Assembly (NCBI GenBank): GCA_963666515.2
Contig: OY762897.2
Location: 3,936,001 to 4,000,000, forward strand
DNA length: 64,000 nucleotides
DNA from: Candidatus Binatia bacterium
Lineage (GTDB): Bacteria > Desulfobacterota > Binatia > UBA9968 > JAJDTQ01
Reading direction: 5' to 3'
Shown piece after piece: positions 18,101 through 27,537 of the stretch (position 1 is the first letter of the stretch; every line of letters starts with the position of its first letter). The position numbers were made by a program, and so were the translations under genes. The notes below the pieces were generated by a model that was not told the origin of the DNA, ran no database searches, and saw nothing but the letters and a program-made list of their open reading frames with translations.

Positions 18101-21100
18101 GAGCGGCGGGATTCGGCCGGCGGCGAGACGACGTTCGAGACGGAACTGTACGCGTCGGAGCCGGGGTGGCTGCAGGACTACCGGGTGTTCGGGCAGGTGG
18201 CGGCGCCGGGGGCGCTGTACGGAGTGATGGCGCTGAGCGCCGAGGCGCCGCCGGAGGAGCCGCGGTCCGGCGGCAGCGGCGCCGCGGTGGAGGACATGCA
18301 GATGCACGCGCCGCTGGTGTTGCGGGGCGGGCGTGGGGAAGAAGACGATGAGCCGGGGCGCACGGTGCAGGTGGTGGTGAGCGCGGCCGAGGGGTCGGAG
18401 CCGCGTGAGGTGAAGATCTACAGCAAGGCGGACGAAGAGGAGAAGTGGACGCTGCACGCGGAGGCGCGGACCGCAGGGACGGTTGAAAAAGCCGGGGCGG
18501 TCGAGGCGGTGGACCTGGAAGGGCTGAAGGAGGGGCTGGAGGAGAAAGAGCCGGCGGGGTTCTATCGCGCGGCCGGGGAGATGGGCGTGGAGTTCGGGGC
18601 GTCGTTTCGGACGGTGACGGGGTTGTGGACGGGGGAGCGGGAGGCCGTGGGCGAAGTGAGGTTGGGGGACGGGCTGGGGGGGGCGGAGGGGGACCTGCAC
18701 CCGGCTCTGCTGGACGGGTGCTTCCAGGTCCTGGGAGCGGCCTTGGGGGCCGGAGCCAGGGAGGACGGAAGCTCCGGGCAAAAAGCGCCGGCGATGTACC
18801 TGCCGTTCGGGTGGGAGCGGCTGTGGATACGGGGCGGTCCGATGGAGGAGGTGACGTGCCGTGCGCAGGTGCGGGGAGGCGGGGAGAACGGCGTAGCGGA
18901 GGTGGTGGCCGCGGACCTGTGGATGTATGGGACGGGTGGGGAGTGCGTGGGGCTGGTGAAGGGACTGGCGCTGAAGCGGGCGAGTCGGAGTGCGTTCCTG
19001 TCCGTGGGAGTGCGGACGGACGATCTGGTGTACGTGCCGGAGTGGCGGGAAGGCGCAAGGGGCGTGGCGCAGCCTGCGGAGGAAGAAGCGGCGCCGGCCG
19101 GCGAGGGAAAGTGGGTGCTGTCGTCGGACGCCGGGCAGGAGGGGCTGGGGTTGGCGAAGGAGCTGGCAGGGAGGGATGAGCGGGTGTTGCTGGCGGTGGA
19201 AGACGGCTGGGGACATGAGGCGGAGGCGGAAGCCGCTGGAGTGGAGGTGGTCCGGCTGGACCTTCGGAGCCGGGAGAGCTGGCGCGGGCTGCTGGAAGGC
19301 GTCGTGGAGGAGGGCGGCGGAGTACGCGGGGCGGTTCACCTGGGAGGGATGAACGGACACGGAGCAGCGGCGGACGGGGAGGAGTTGGCCGCGGACGTGG
19401 AGGCCGCGCTGGGGAGCGGTCTCGGGCTGGTGCAGGGGCTGCTGGACGCGGGGGTGTCGCCCGAGGGGGGCGTATGGCTGGCGACGCGCGGCGGGCAGGT
19501 GTTGGGCGGGGAGGCCGGAGAAGGGTTGAGCGGCTCGGTGATGTGGGGATTCGGGAGGACTCTGTGGCGGGAGGCGAGGCGGTTGCGGGCACGCCTGGTG
19601 GACCTGGACCCGGCGGGTGGTGAAGCAGGGGGGATGGAGGAACTGGCGGAGGAGCTTCTGGCCCCGGACCGGGAGCAGGAGATTGCGTATCGCGGGGGAG
19701 TACGGCGTGTGCTGCGGCTGGCGCGTGCGGGACGGGTGGGGAAGGAGAGCGGCGGTGAGGGGGCGCTGTTGCGCGGGGACGGGACGTACCTGGTGACGGG
19801 TGGATTGAGGGGGATCGGGCTGGAGGTGGCGCGTTGGCTGGGCGATCAGGGGGCCGGGAAGATCGTGTTGAACGCCCGGCGGGAGCCCGGCGCGGAGGCG
19901 CAGGCGGTGATCGAGGAGTTGCGGGGCCGGGGCGTGGAGGTGCGGGTGGAACTGGCGGACGTGACGGACGGGGATGCGGTGGCGGCGATGGTGGAGCGCG
20001 TGGAGGAGGAGATGGGGCCTCTGGCCGGAGTGATTCATGCCGCCGCGGTGTTGTCGGACGGGGCGCTGAAGAACCAGGACTGGGAGCGGTTCGAGCGGGT
20101 GTTGTGGCCCAAGGTGAAGGGGGCGTGGCATCTGCACCGTGCGACCGCGGGACGGGAGCTGGACCTGTTCGTGCTGTTCTCGAGCGTGGCGGGGCTGATG
20201 GGGAACCCGGGCCAGTCGAGCTACGCCGCGGCCAACGTGTACCTGGACCAGTTGGCGCGTTGCCGTCGCGAGATGGGACTGGCGGGACAGTCGATCGTGT
20301 GGGGTGCGTGGTCCGGAGTGGGCCTGGCGGAGGCGTGGCGGGAACTCTTGAGGGAGCGGATGGCGGCCGCGGGAATGGACTGGATGACGCCGCGGCAGGG
20401 ACTCGGGGTGCTGGAGCGGGCTATACGGGGGGGCGAAGCGACCATCGCGGCCATGCCGGTGGACTGGGAGCTGTTCGCGGCCGCGGCGAAGGACGTGCCG
20501 CCGCTGCTGGAGGACCTGGTGACGGCTGCGGCAGGCGTTGGCGGCGGGGAGAGTCCGGCGGGTCAGGCGGGAGCATTGGTGGAGCGGCTGCGCGCGGCGC
20601 GGCCTGCGGACCGGGAGGGGATGGTGCTGGCGTTCGTGCAGCGTGAGCTGCAGGCCGTGCTCCAGGCGCCTTCTCCGCCGGCGCCCGCAGCGCGGTTTTT
20701 CGAGCTGGGCATGGACTCGCTGATGGCGCTGGAGTTCCGCGAGCGCCTGAACCGCGGTCTGGGCGGTGCCTGCGAGGTGTCGGGCACCGCAGTGTTCGAC
20801 CACCCCAGCCCCGAGGCGTTCGCCCGCCACCTGGTAGCGGAGCTGGGGTTGGTGGTGGAAGAGCCGCGGCCGTTGCCGGCGCCGCGGCGCCGGGCGGCGG
20901 CGCGTGGGGAGGACGCGGTAGCGGTGGTGGGGATGGCGTGCCGTTTTCCCGGAAGCCCGGACCTGGCGAGTTTCTGGCGTCTCCTGGAAGCGGGCGGCAA
21001 TGCGGTGACCGCCGGCCGCCCGGAGGTTTCGGCGGAACCGCCGGTCCCGGACGAAAGGTTCTGGGGCGGCTACATCGAGGACGTGGACCTGTTCGATGCC

Positions 21101-23539
21101 GGCTTCTTCGGCATCCCTCCGGTGGAGGCCCGGTACATGGACCCGCAGCAGCGGCTGCTGCTGGAGACGAGCTGGACGGCGTTGGAGTCCGCGGGGATGG
21201 ACCCGGGCAGCCTGAGGGGCAGCCGGACCGGGATCTACGTGGGCATCAGCGCCAACGACTACCGCTACGTGATGGCGGACGGCGGAGAGGCGGAGTTCAA
21301 CCCGTACCTGATAACCGGGAACGGCCTCAGCATGGCCATCGGCCGGGTGGCCTTCACGCTGGGCTTCGAGGGGCCGGCGGTGGCTGTGGACACGGCCTGC
21401 TCGTCATCCCTGGTGGCGGTGCACCAGGCGGTGTCGGCGTTGCAGCGGGACGAGGCGGACCTGGCGTTGGCGGCAGGGGTGAACGTGATCCTGTGGTCGA
21501 CTCGAACGGCCATGATGAAGGCCATGGGGGCGATGGCCGCGGATGGGCGTTGCAAGACGTTCGATGCATCGGCCGACGGATACGTCCGCAGCGAGGGGTG
21601 CGGGGTGGTGGCGCTCAGGCGGCTGCGCGACGCCGAGGCCGAAGGCCTCCCGATCTGGGGCGTCATACGGGGGTCGGCGGTGAATCACGGCGGCGGCGCG
21701 GCCGGCATGATGACGCCGAGCGGCCCGGCGCAGGAGCGGTTGATCGGCGAGGCGTTGGGACGCGCGCAAATCGAGCCTTCGGACGTGGATTACCTGGAAG
21801 CGCACGGGACTGGAACGTTCCTGGGCGATCCCATCGAGGTGCGGGCCGCGGCCGCGGCGTACGGCCGCGGGCGCGGCGCGGAGCGTCCCCTGCTGCTCGG
21901 TTCGGTGAAGACCAACATCGGCCACCTGGAGCCGGCCGCGGGCGTGGCCGGTCTGATCAAGGTGTTGCTGGCGATGGCCTACGGCAGGATTCCGAGGCAC
22001 CTGCATTTCAGGGAACCGAACCCGCACGTGCCGTGGGACCGCCTGCCGGTGCGCGTGGTGTCGGAGGCGGTGGAGTGGCCGTCTCGCGACGGCCTGCCGC
22101 GGCGCGCCGGGCTGAGTTCCTTCGGTCTGTCCGGGACCAACGCCCACGCGGTGCTGGAGGGCTACGGCGATGCATCGGGGCCGGCAGGCGTCTCGGGGGC
22201 GGCGGTGCCGGTGGGATGGCCCGCGGGAGTCCCGGAGTCGCCGTCCGAGGCCGCGGACGGCGACGGCGCGGGCGCGCGGATCCACCGTCTGCTGGTGTTG
22301 TCGGGGAATACGGGCGAGGCCTTGCGGGCGCTTGCCGGGCGGTACGTGCAATGGCTGGACGCGCGCGCGGACTCGTTTTCTTCAGCCGCCGGCGAAGACG
22401 GCTTTCGCCCGGACGGCGCGGACCTGCTGGCGGACGCCGCCTGGACCGCGGCGACGGGCCGGTTCCATCTTCCGCATCGCGCCGGCGTGACGTTCACCGA
22501 CGTGGAGCAGCTTCGGGCGCGGCTGTCGTCGCTGTCGTCCGGCGAGCCGGAGGCGTCCGCCGTCGCGGTGGGGTCCGGGGTCGCGGACAGGGCGGCCTTC
22601 CTCTTCCCTGGCGAGGGCAGCCAGTGGGCGGGCATGGGCCGGGACCTGTACGAGAGCGAGCCGGTGTTCCGGGCGGTGCTGGATCGTTGCGAGCAGGAGA
22701 TGCGCTCGTCGCGGGGAGAGTCGTTGCTGGACGTGATGTTCGGGACCGGGGCGGAGTCGGACCTGGACCACGCCCGCTGGGCGCAGCCGGCGGTCTATGC
22801 GTTGGAGAGCGGTTTGGCGGCGCTGTGGGCCGGCCTCGGGGTGACGCCGTTCGCGGTGCTGGGACACGGCGTGGGCGAGATCGCCGCGGCGCACGCCGCC
22901 GGGGCGTTCTCCCTGGAGGACGGCCTGCGTTTGGCGGCGTCGCAGGGGGAGTGGACGGGCTCGCCGCCGGTTCAGGAAGACCTGGAGCGTTTTCTGGAGC
23001 GCGTGGCGGTGTCGCCGCTACGGTTGCCTCTGGTGAGCGGCCCGACGGGCCGGGTGACGGAGGAAGGCGAGTTGCCGGACGGACGGTACTGGATCCGCCA
23101 GGCGCGGGAAGCGGTGGCGTTTCAGGCCGCCGCGGGCGCGCTGGCGGAGCTGGGGGTGGACGCACTGGTGGAGATCGGGCCGCAGCCGGTGCTGGGCGCC
23201 GCCGCAGCGTCGGCGTGGCCGTCCGGGTCGGAGGCGCCCGGCAGGAGACCGCGCGCCTCTTCGTCCGGAAGGGGGGCCGCGGCGCGAGCCCCGGAGCAAT
23301 GGCCCCTGTTGCTCGCCGATGAAGGGGATCAGCCCCCTGCGGTGGTTTCAAGCCTGCGCCGGCAGGAGGATGGGAAGCCGGTGGCGGGAGCATTCGCCGA
23401 AGGGGTTGCCGGGGCGTATGCCGCGGGTCTGAGACTGCGTTTCGAGGGTCTCTTCACGGGCGAAAAGCGGCGCCGTCTGTCCTTGCCGGAATATCCGTTC
23501 CAGCGCCGCCGCTACTGGGTGGACCCGTCGAAGCCGTGA
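15176..23539 (+). CDS. Type I PKS: KS-AT-DH0-KR-ACP-KS-AT0 (SupA-like C-terminus, no TE)
   Basis: Overlaps upstream stop by 8 nt; N-terminal docking-like helix; KS DTSCSS and DTACSS; AT GYSLG; DH DYRVFG; ACP LGMDSL; last AT GHGVG lacks catalytic Ser. Confidence 0.96.
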   Translation: MSRSDKYYELSRKLLAQVNVRERKIAEFTQPIAVVGLACRFPGGSDVTGFWRLLESGGDAITKGRGTRSAGGRDGQVQEGSWEGWGGFIEDVELFDAEFFRIAPVEARLLDPQHRLLLETSWEALESAGVDAGRVKGSRTGVYAGISGNEYRMMAAAAAREESANLYMVTGNSGSTAIGRVAFTLGLEGPAVAVDTSCSSSLVAVHQAVSGLRNGDADLALAGGVNVLLMPPGAEEFSVEGMLSPDGRCKTFDASADGFVRGEGCGMVVLKRLRDAEADGDRIWGVIRGSAINHDGASAGLTVPNGSAQERVIEEALGRAGLESWEVDYLEAHGTGTELGDPIEIHAAAAVYGAGRDGSQPLRVGSVKTNVGHLEAAAGVAGLIKVLLSMNHGVIPKHLHFREPNPHMDWERLLVRVASEPEVWPRREGRPARAAVSSFGISGTNAHVVLEEYGEAAGSEGGRSPRGPAVAVGWPEGASEYRPAEGPAVATGARERRLLPLSGHTEEALRALAGRYANWLEDRVPPPADVGGGNWGAVGKALLADVAWTAGTGRSHHEHRAGLTFAEAGELREKLAALAGNREASEAPAGSGSRTKVAFLFAGYGSQWVGMGRDVYDREPVFRAVLDRCEKAFRDLRGASLLDAAFGDAAGVDLKDPTWGHPAVYAVQTGLTALLASVGIRPFAVMGYSLGEIAAAHVAGVFSLEDGLRFAALRGELMASLVADPSESGHAVSVYESPERVSELMEEVNREHRGMELSVAAYAGAYQVAAGAPEVVGALQERCVAEGVRAERLPVNVGFHSAVVDPILDGLEAAMEGVTVSPPALAMVSNVTGRVFRAGETLDGAYWRRQAREPVRFSGGVVALAELGVDVLMDVGPQPRVGLLATTMWPTNPPPAVVVGMKRPSEEDAGASPGWAEAVAEAYAAGLDVKFEGLFAGEERRRVLLPGYPFQRQRYWADAPRRRRRVGEAHHPLLGERRDSAGGETTFETELYASEPGWLQDYRVFGQVAAPGALYGVMALSAEAPPEEPRSGGSGAAVEDMQMHAPLVLRGGRGEEDDEPGRTVQVVVSAAEGSEPREVKIYSKADEEEKWTLHAEARTAGTVEKAGAVEAVDLEGLKEGLEEKEPAGFYRAAGEMGVEFGASFRTVTGLWTGEREAVGEVRLGDGLGGAEGDLHPALLDGCFQVLGAALGAGAREDGSSGQKAPAMYLPFGWERLWIRGGPMEEVTCRAQVRGGGENGVAEVVAADLWMYGTGGECVGLVKGLALKRASRSAFLSVGVRTDDLVYVPEWREGARGVAQPAEEEAAPAGEGKWVLSSDAGQEGLGLAKELAGRDERVLLAVEDGWGHEAEAEAAGVEVVRLDLRSRESWRGLLEGVVEEGGGVRGAVHLGGMNGHGAAADGEELAADVEAALGSGLGLVQGLLDAGVSPEGGVWLATRGGQVLGGEAGEGLSGSVMWGFGRTLWREARRLRARLVDLDPAGGEAGGMEELAEELLAPDREQEIAYRGGVRRVLRLARAGRVGKESGGEGALLRGDGTYLVTGGLRGIGLEVARWLGDQGAGKIVLNARREPGAEAQAVIEELRGRGVEVRVELADVTDGDAVAAMVERVEEEMGPLAGVIHAAAVLSDGALKNQDWERFERVLWPKVKGAWHLHRATAGRELDLFVLFSSVAGLMGNPGQSSYAAANVYLDQLARCRREMGLAGQSIVWGAWSGVGLAEAWRELLRERMAAAGMDWMTPRQGLGVLERAIRGGEATIAAMPVDWELFAAAAKDVPPLLEDLVTAAAGVGGGESPAGQAGALVERLRAARPADREGMVLAFVQRELQAVLQAPSPPAPAARFFELGMDSLMALEFRERLNRGLGGACEVSGTAVFDHPSPEAFARHLVAELGLVVEEPRPLPAPRRRAAARGEDAVAVVGMACRFPGSPDLASFWRLLEAGGNAVTAGRPEVSAEPPVPDERFWGGYIEDVDLFDAGFFGIPPVEARYMDPQQRLLLETSWTALESAGMDPGSLRGSRTGIYVGISANDYRYVMADGGEAEFNPYLITGNGLSMAIGRVAFTLGFEGPAVAVDTACSSSLVAVHQAVSALQRDEADLALAAGVNVILWSTRTAMMKAMGAMAADGRCKTFDASADGYVRSEGCGVVALRRLRDAEAEGLPIWGVIRGSAVNHGGGAAGMMTPSGPAQERLIGEALGRAQIEPSDVDYLEAHGTGTFLGDPIEVRAAAAAYGRGRGAERPLLLGSVKTNIGHLEPAAGVAGLIKVLLAMAYGRIPRHLHFREPNPHVPWDRLPVRVVSEAVEWPSRDGLPRRAGLSSFGLSGTNAHAVLEGYGDASGPAGVSGAAVPVGWPAGVPESPSEAADGDGAGARIHRLLVLSGNTGEALRALAGRYVQWLDARADSFSSAAGEDGFRPDGADLLADAAWTAATGRFHLPHRAGVTFTDVEQLRARLSSLSSGEPEASAVAVGSGVADRAAFLFPGEGSQWAGMGRDLYESEPVFRAVLDRCEQEMRSSRGESLLDVMFGTGAESDLDHARWAQPAVYALESGLAALWAGLGVTPFAVLGHGVGEIAAAHAAGAFSLEDGLRLAASQGEWTGSPPVQEDLERFLERVAVSPLRLPLVSGPTGRVTEEGELPDGRYWIRQAREAVAFQAAAGALAELGVDALVEIGPQPVLGAAAASAWPSGSEAPGRRPRASSSGRGAAARAPEQWPLLLADEGDQPPAVVSSLRRQEDGKPVAGAFAEGVAGAYAAGLRLRFEGLFTGEKRRRLSLPEYPFQRRRYWVDPSKP

Positions 23540-23572
23540 TTTCCGGGTAAACGGGACAGGGGAGGAACTGCC

Positions 23573-25135
23573 ATGGAGATGGGCCTGCTTTCCGGTTTGA
23601 TTCAATTGAGCTGCCTCCCGGCCTGGCGGCGGTTCGAACAGGCGACCGCAGACCCGGACCGCGCGCAGCGGGAGGCCTGGGAGCGCATTCGCCGCAAGTG
23701 CCGGCAGGCTCCCTACTGGCGGGAACGGTGGGGCGGGCGAAGCGCGCCGCCGCTGGCGGATTTGCCGGTCACCGATTACGCCGATTACGAGGCCGCTTTC
23801 GACGAGGCGTTCGAGGGCGGTCTCTCTCCCACTACGGGTGAAGCCATTGTGAGCTGGCTGGTCAGCAGCAACAGCACCGGGAAGGCGAGCAAGCGTTATC
23901 CCCTGTATGCGGACCACGAGCGACGGCTGAAGGCTGCTTGGGAAACGTGTCTCTACTCCATGGCCGTGACCGTGCCCGACATTCCGCTGCAGCCGGTCCT
24001 TTCCCCATACTCGGCCAACAACGAGGCGCCGTCGCCCGCGGGCGTGCCCGTTCACCGGGTCACCGAGAAGTGGATGGGCTTGTTGCTCGGCGGCGGGCAG
24101 TCCGGGAACCTGTTTCCGCGAGAATTGGTTGCGAGGCCGGACTTGTGGGACGAGTGGGCGCCGCTCTATGCCGTTGCCGGCGACGCAAGCATGGCGGCGG
24201 CCATTACCGCGGACCGCATCGCGGTCATGCGCGAGGAGGTGGTCGCCGGCATGGACCGCTGGTGGCCCTATCTGGAGGGGCGGTCAGCCCCGCCGCCGCC
24301 GTTGCCGCCCATCCGGGTATCCACGGAACGCCTGAACCACCTGCGATCCGTTTTCGCCGGCGCGCCGCCGGGCATGCGCCGGATATGGCCGAGCATGAGG
24401 GTCGTGTCGTGCTGGACCGTCGCGAGCGCCGGCGCCGCGGTGCCCCTGCTGGAGCCGTGGCTTGAAGGCGTGCGTCTGCTCGGCGGGCCTTATTCGACCG
24501 CTGAAAGCGGACCGGTCACCGCCCCCCTTTTCGACGGCGAGGACGGACACCCGGTCAATCCGGACGTCAACGTTACCGAGTTGCTCCCCGAAGGCGCCGA
24601 GCCTGAGCCCCGCAACGTGATCCCGCTGTCCCAGGCCGAGGCGGGGCGGCGGTACGAGTTGATCGTGACCACGCCCGGCGGCCTGATCCGCTATCGCACG
24701 AGCGACGTCTTCGTCTGCGACGGATTCCATCGCCGCATGCCGCGGCTGACTTTCTGCTCCAAGGTGGCGTTTTCATTGAACGTGTCCGAGACCGTGCGTC
24801 TGCCTGAGGACGCCGTGGTCAAGCTGCTGATGGAGCATGGATACCGTTTGCAGGACGACCTGATGCTGGGCCCCCATCCCACCGGAAGAGCCATTGTCAT
24901 GTACATCAAGGAGGGCTCGGGCCACAGGCCCGCGGGCGACGCCTTCGATCGCGGCTTGTGCGAGTTGTCCGCCGACTATGCGGCCAAGCGGCGGCAAGGA
25001 CTGCTCCGATACGTCCACAACATGGTCGTCCCCGCGGCGCACCCGATGTGGGCGCGGCCGGGCCTGGCCAAGGCGCGCTACGTGCTTCCCGAAGCCCCGG
25101 AGGACCTGGGGGTAGGGGCCACCGTCAGGGGGTAG
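23573..25135 (+). CDS. GH3-family acyl-adenylate/amido synthetase-like protein
   Basis: SSNSTGKASKRYP (cf. SSGTT..K.IP), PYSTAE (cf. YASSE), YELIVTTPGGLIRYRTSD (cf. YELVVT..GLYRYRLGD); RBS GGAGGA. Confidence 0.8.
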   Translation: MEMGLLSGLIQLSCLPAWRRFEQATADPDRAQREAWERIRRKCRQAPYWRERWGGRSAPPLADLPVTDYADYEAAFDEAFEGGLSPTTGEAIVSWLVSSNSTGKASKRYPLYADHERRLKAAWETCLYSMAVTVPDIPLQPVLSPYSANNEAPSPAGVPVHRVTEKWMGLLLGGGQSGNLFPRELVARPDLWDEWAPLYAVAGDASMAAAITADRIAVMREEVVAGMDRWWPYLEGRSAPPPPLPPIRVSTERLNHLRSVFAGAPPGMRRIWPSMRVVSCWTVASAGAAVPLLEPWLEGVRLLGGPYSTAESGPVTAPLFDGEDGHPVNPDVNVTELLPEGAEPEPRNVIPLSQAEAGRRYELIVTTPGGLIRYRTSDVFVCDGFHRRMPRLTFCSKVAFSLNVSETVRLPEDAVVKLLMEHGYRLQDDLMLGPHPTGRAIVMYIKEGSGHRPAGDAFDRGLCELSADYAAKRRQGLLRYVHNMVVPAAHPMWARPGLAKARYVLPEAPEDLGVGATVRG

Positions 25136-25144
25136 AGGCGGCCG

Positions 25145-26059
25145 TCACGAATTCATGAGCCCGTTTCGTTCGAGAAACTCGCGCACGGCGGCGGCGCATT
25201 CCGCGGGCTTTTCCAGTTGAGCGAAGTGGGTCGTTTCCGGGATGAAATCGTATTCCAGCGTCATGATTTCGCTGAGATCGAACGTCGGCAGGTATGAGAA
25301 CGGTATCGTCGGATCGGCGCCGATGATTTTGGTCGGTTGCCGCAACCCCTGAAAGTCCACCATGCTCGAGAGAATCAAGGCGTATTCCATGACCTGCGCC
25401 TCGTATGCGGGAGGACACCGGAGCACGTAACGATCGCCGCTTTTGCGCAGCAGGGTCTCCGCCGCAAGATCGAAGAGTCCGGGGACCGTCTGCGTGAAAA
25501 CTTTCCGGTAGGGAAAGTCCTCCATGAAGTCTTCGATGGACTCGAACTGTTCCCGGCGGTTCCGGAGCATTGAAGCCACCAATTTGAAGGTGAAGTCATA
25601 GGCTTGAGGGTCCGCCTGATTCAGTTTGTGGCCAACGGGCGGATCGAACAGAATGCCGGCTGCAGGCTGGTTGTCTCCGTTGGCCGACAACAGCCATGCG
25701 AGAGCCGAGAGGGAATGGAATATGGCTGTTTTCGGTTTCTCCCCGAAGAGCCGGTCGACGGCCTCGAACACAACCACATTGTCTCGGACATACGCCATGA
25801 GGTTGTGATCTTCGATGGGGCCCACGGGATTCCAGCCGTGGTTTCTGAGATCGTAAACGATCAGGTCGAAGTCGTCTGCGAGCAGGGACCAGAAGGGAAA
25901 GTAGAGATCCACGGCCAAGCCGTTGCCGTGGCAAACGAGCAGCCGCGGTCCCCTGGGATTCCCATGGCGACGCAGAAAAATTACCGTGGCCGGATCCGGT
26001 CTCACCTCGCAGACCGATTCCGGCTCCGGTATCCGCCATCGTCGATTCTGCGTTGTCAC
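25145..26059 (-). CDS. Alpha/beta hydrolase (possible thioesterase/acyltransferase)
   Basis: HGNG oxyanion motif, YDLRNHG, FHSLS nucleophile elbow, C-terminal THF His. Confidence 0.88.
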   Translation of the reverse strand: MTTQNRRWRIPEPESVCEVRPDPATVIFLRRHGNPRGPRLLVCHGNGLAVDLYFPFWSLLADDFDLIVYDLRNHGWNPVGPIEDHNLMAYVRDNVVVFEAVDRLFGEKPKTAIFHSLSALAWLLSANGDNQPAAGILFDPPVGHKLNQADPQAYDFTFKLVASMLRNRREQFESIEDFMEDFPYRKVFTQTVPGLFDLAAETLLRKSGDRYVLRCPPAYEAQVMEYALILSSMVDFQGLRQPTKIIGADPTIPFSYLPTFDLSEIMTLEYDFIPETTHFAQLEKPAECAAAVREFLERNGLMNS

Positions 26060-26144
26060 GCTGTCGGCCGAGGCGTCAGGTCAGCTGCACAATGTCGGCG
26101 TCTTTCCGTCGCGAGCCGTCCGAGCACGCGACGGTAGCGCCCGA

Positions 26145-26387
26145 TCAACTGGCGTTGGCTTCGAGGTAGTTGATCACATCCCTCATGCACGAGAACTTCA
26201 CGAGATCGTCGGGAAGAATCGTCACGTTGAACTCCTTGTTGACAAGGATTATGAACGAGACGAGTGCCGACGAACTGATCTGGGCGTCATCGAAACTGGA
26301 GTCCAAATCCATGTTGCTTTTGGCTTCCACTTCTGAGGCAAAGTGCTCTCTCGCCAGAGATTTGACGCGCTCTTCAACGGTGGCCAT
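26145..26387 (-). CDS. Stand-alone acyl carrier protein (SupB-like)
   Basis: 80 aa acidic, MATVEERVK N-terminus, DSSFDDAQISSSALV helix II region, RDVINYLE C-terminus; RBS GGAGGAG. Confidence 0.82.
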   Translation of the reverse strand: MATVEERVKSLAREHFASEVEAKSNMDLDSSFDDAQISSSALVSFIILVNKEFNVTILPDDLVKFSCMRDVINYLEANAS

Positions 26388-26577
26388 GATTTCTCCTCCC
26401 TCACTGGTTGGTATGGATACCGAATCTGGTATCCATGTTTCCCGATATGAAGCGATGACAAACACAAAGGAAGCATAAAACTGTTCGGGATGCAAGGGTT
26501 CCCGCTTGCTTGTGAATCTGCCCAATTGCGATATGCTGGTCACTATGGACCTCAACCTCTGAAGGAAGGAGCAGGTG

Positions 26578-27537
26578 ATGAGCAGTCATCCCTTCGACAA
26601 CGAGTTCCTCGTCACCGGCGAGCACAGGGAGAAATTCCGGCGCGACGGCTTCGTCAAGCTGGAAGGGTTCTTCAACGCCGCCGTGGTCAACACGCTGCTC
26701 GACCGTGTCGAAGTCGAAATGGGCCGGGCGGCTCCATCGAGCACGGCTTCCGATTTTCTGTTCAGTCGAGTGCGGTACGACTTCAAGAGCGAAAAGGCCG
26801 ACGTCTATGAGCTGCTGGAACGGCCCTACTTCCGGCGGGCTCTGACGGACCTGGTCGAACGCGACCTCTTCCTGACCTTCGAAGTGTGCTTCGAGATTGA
26901 AAAAAAACGCCAAAAGGGGTTTCCATGGCATGTTGACCTGCAGAGTTTCGGCTACCAGGTCGCAACCGAGCACGCGTGCTCGCTGTGGACGCCGCTGCAT
27001 TCCATCGATCCGAAGGGGCAGCGGGGCGGGATGGCTTATGTCCCCATGAACGTCGTATCGGGTGATTTCACCTACCAGGTCGAGCGAGCCATCGTGTCGA
27101 CGGTGGAGGCCAAGGAGCGAGCCGGGGTCAGGACGAACATGCTCGAGTTCGCTGCGTTGAATGCGGGGATACTCAATTCGCCGACCATGGTCGAGATATT
27201 CGAGAACCACCAGGTCGAAGACGACTTCGAGCCCGGCGACGTGCTCCTGTTCAACAAACTGGTCGTCCATCGAAGCATCATGCTCGGTGAGGGACCCCTT
27301 TCCAGGCGCGCCGCCTACACGATGCGTTTCGTCGATGCCGGGTCGCACTATAGTCTGCAGGGGGCGCGGGATCTCGAATTCCCGGTGGAAATGTACGGGA
27401 AGGCGCCCATTCCGTATAAACCGGTTACACGCCAACACATAGAAATCGCGGAAGCCGGGGCGCAGGACGGCGACGTTCTCGCGGAATGCGACTACTTCGA
27501 CAACCGCGATCGTCGCACGGTCCGGCGCGGTTCATAG
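26578..27537 (+). CDS. PhyH-family Fe(II)/2-oxoglutarate dioxygenase
   Basis: FRRDGFVKLEG, WHVD (HxD), LWTPL, PGDVLLF...VHRS, distal Arg. Confidence 0.85.
   Translation: MSSHPFDNEFLVTGEHREKFRRDGFVKLEGFFNAAVVNTLLDRVEVEMGRAAPSSTASDFLFSRVRYDFKSEKADVYELLERPYFRRALTDLVERDLFLTFEVCFEIEKKRQKGFPWHVDLQSFGYQVATEHACSLWTPLHSIDPKGQRGGMAYVPMNVVSGDFTYQVERAIVSTVEAKERAGVRTNMLEFAALNAGILNSPTMVEIFENHQVEDDFEPGDVLLFNKLVVHRSIMLGEGPLSRRAAYTMRFVDAGSHYSLQGARDLEFPVEMYGKAPIPYKPVTRQHIEIAEAGAQDGDVLAECDYFDNRDRRTVRRGS

Noticed and set aside
13652-20830. 2392-aa minus-strand ORF and other long antisense or alternate-frame ORFs over the PKS
   Set aside because: Pro/Arg/His-rich shadow translations caused by high GC and codon bias; no domain motifs
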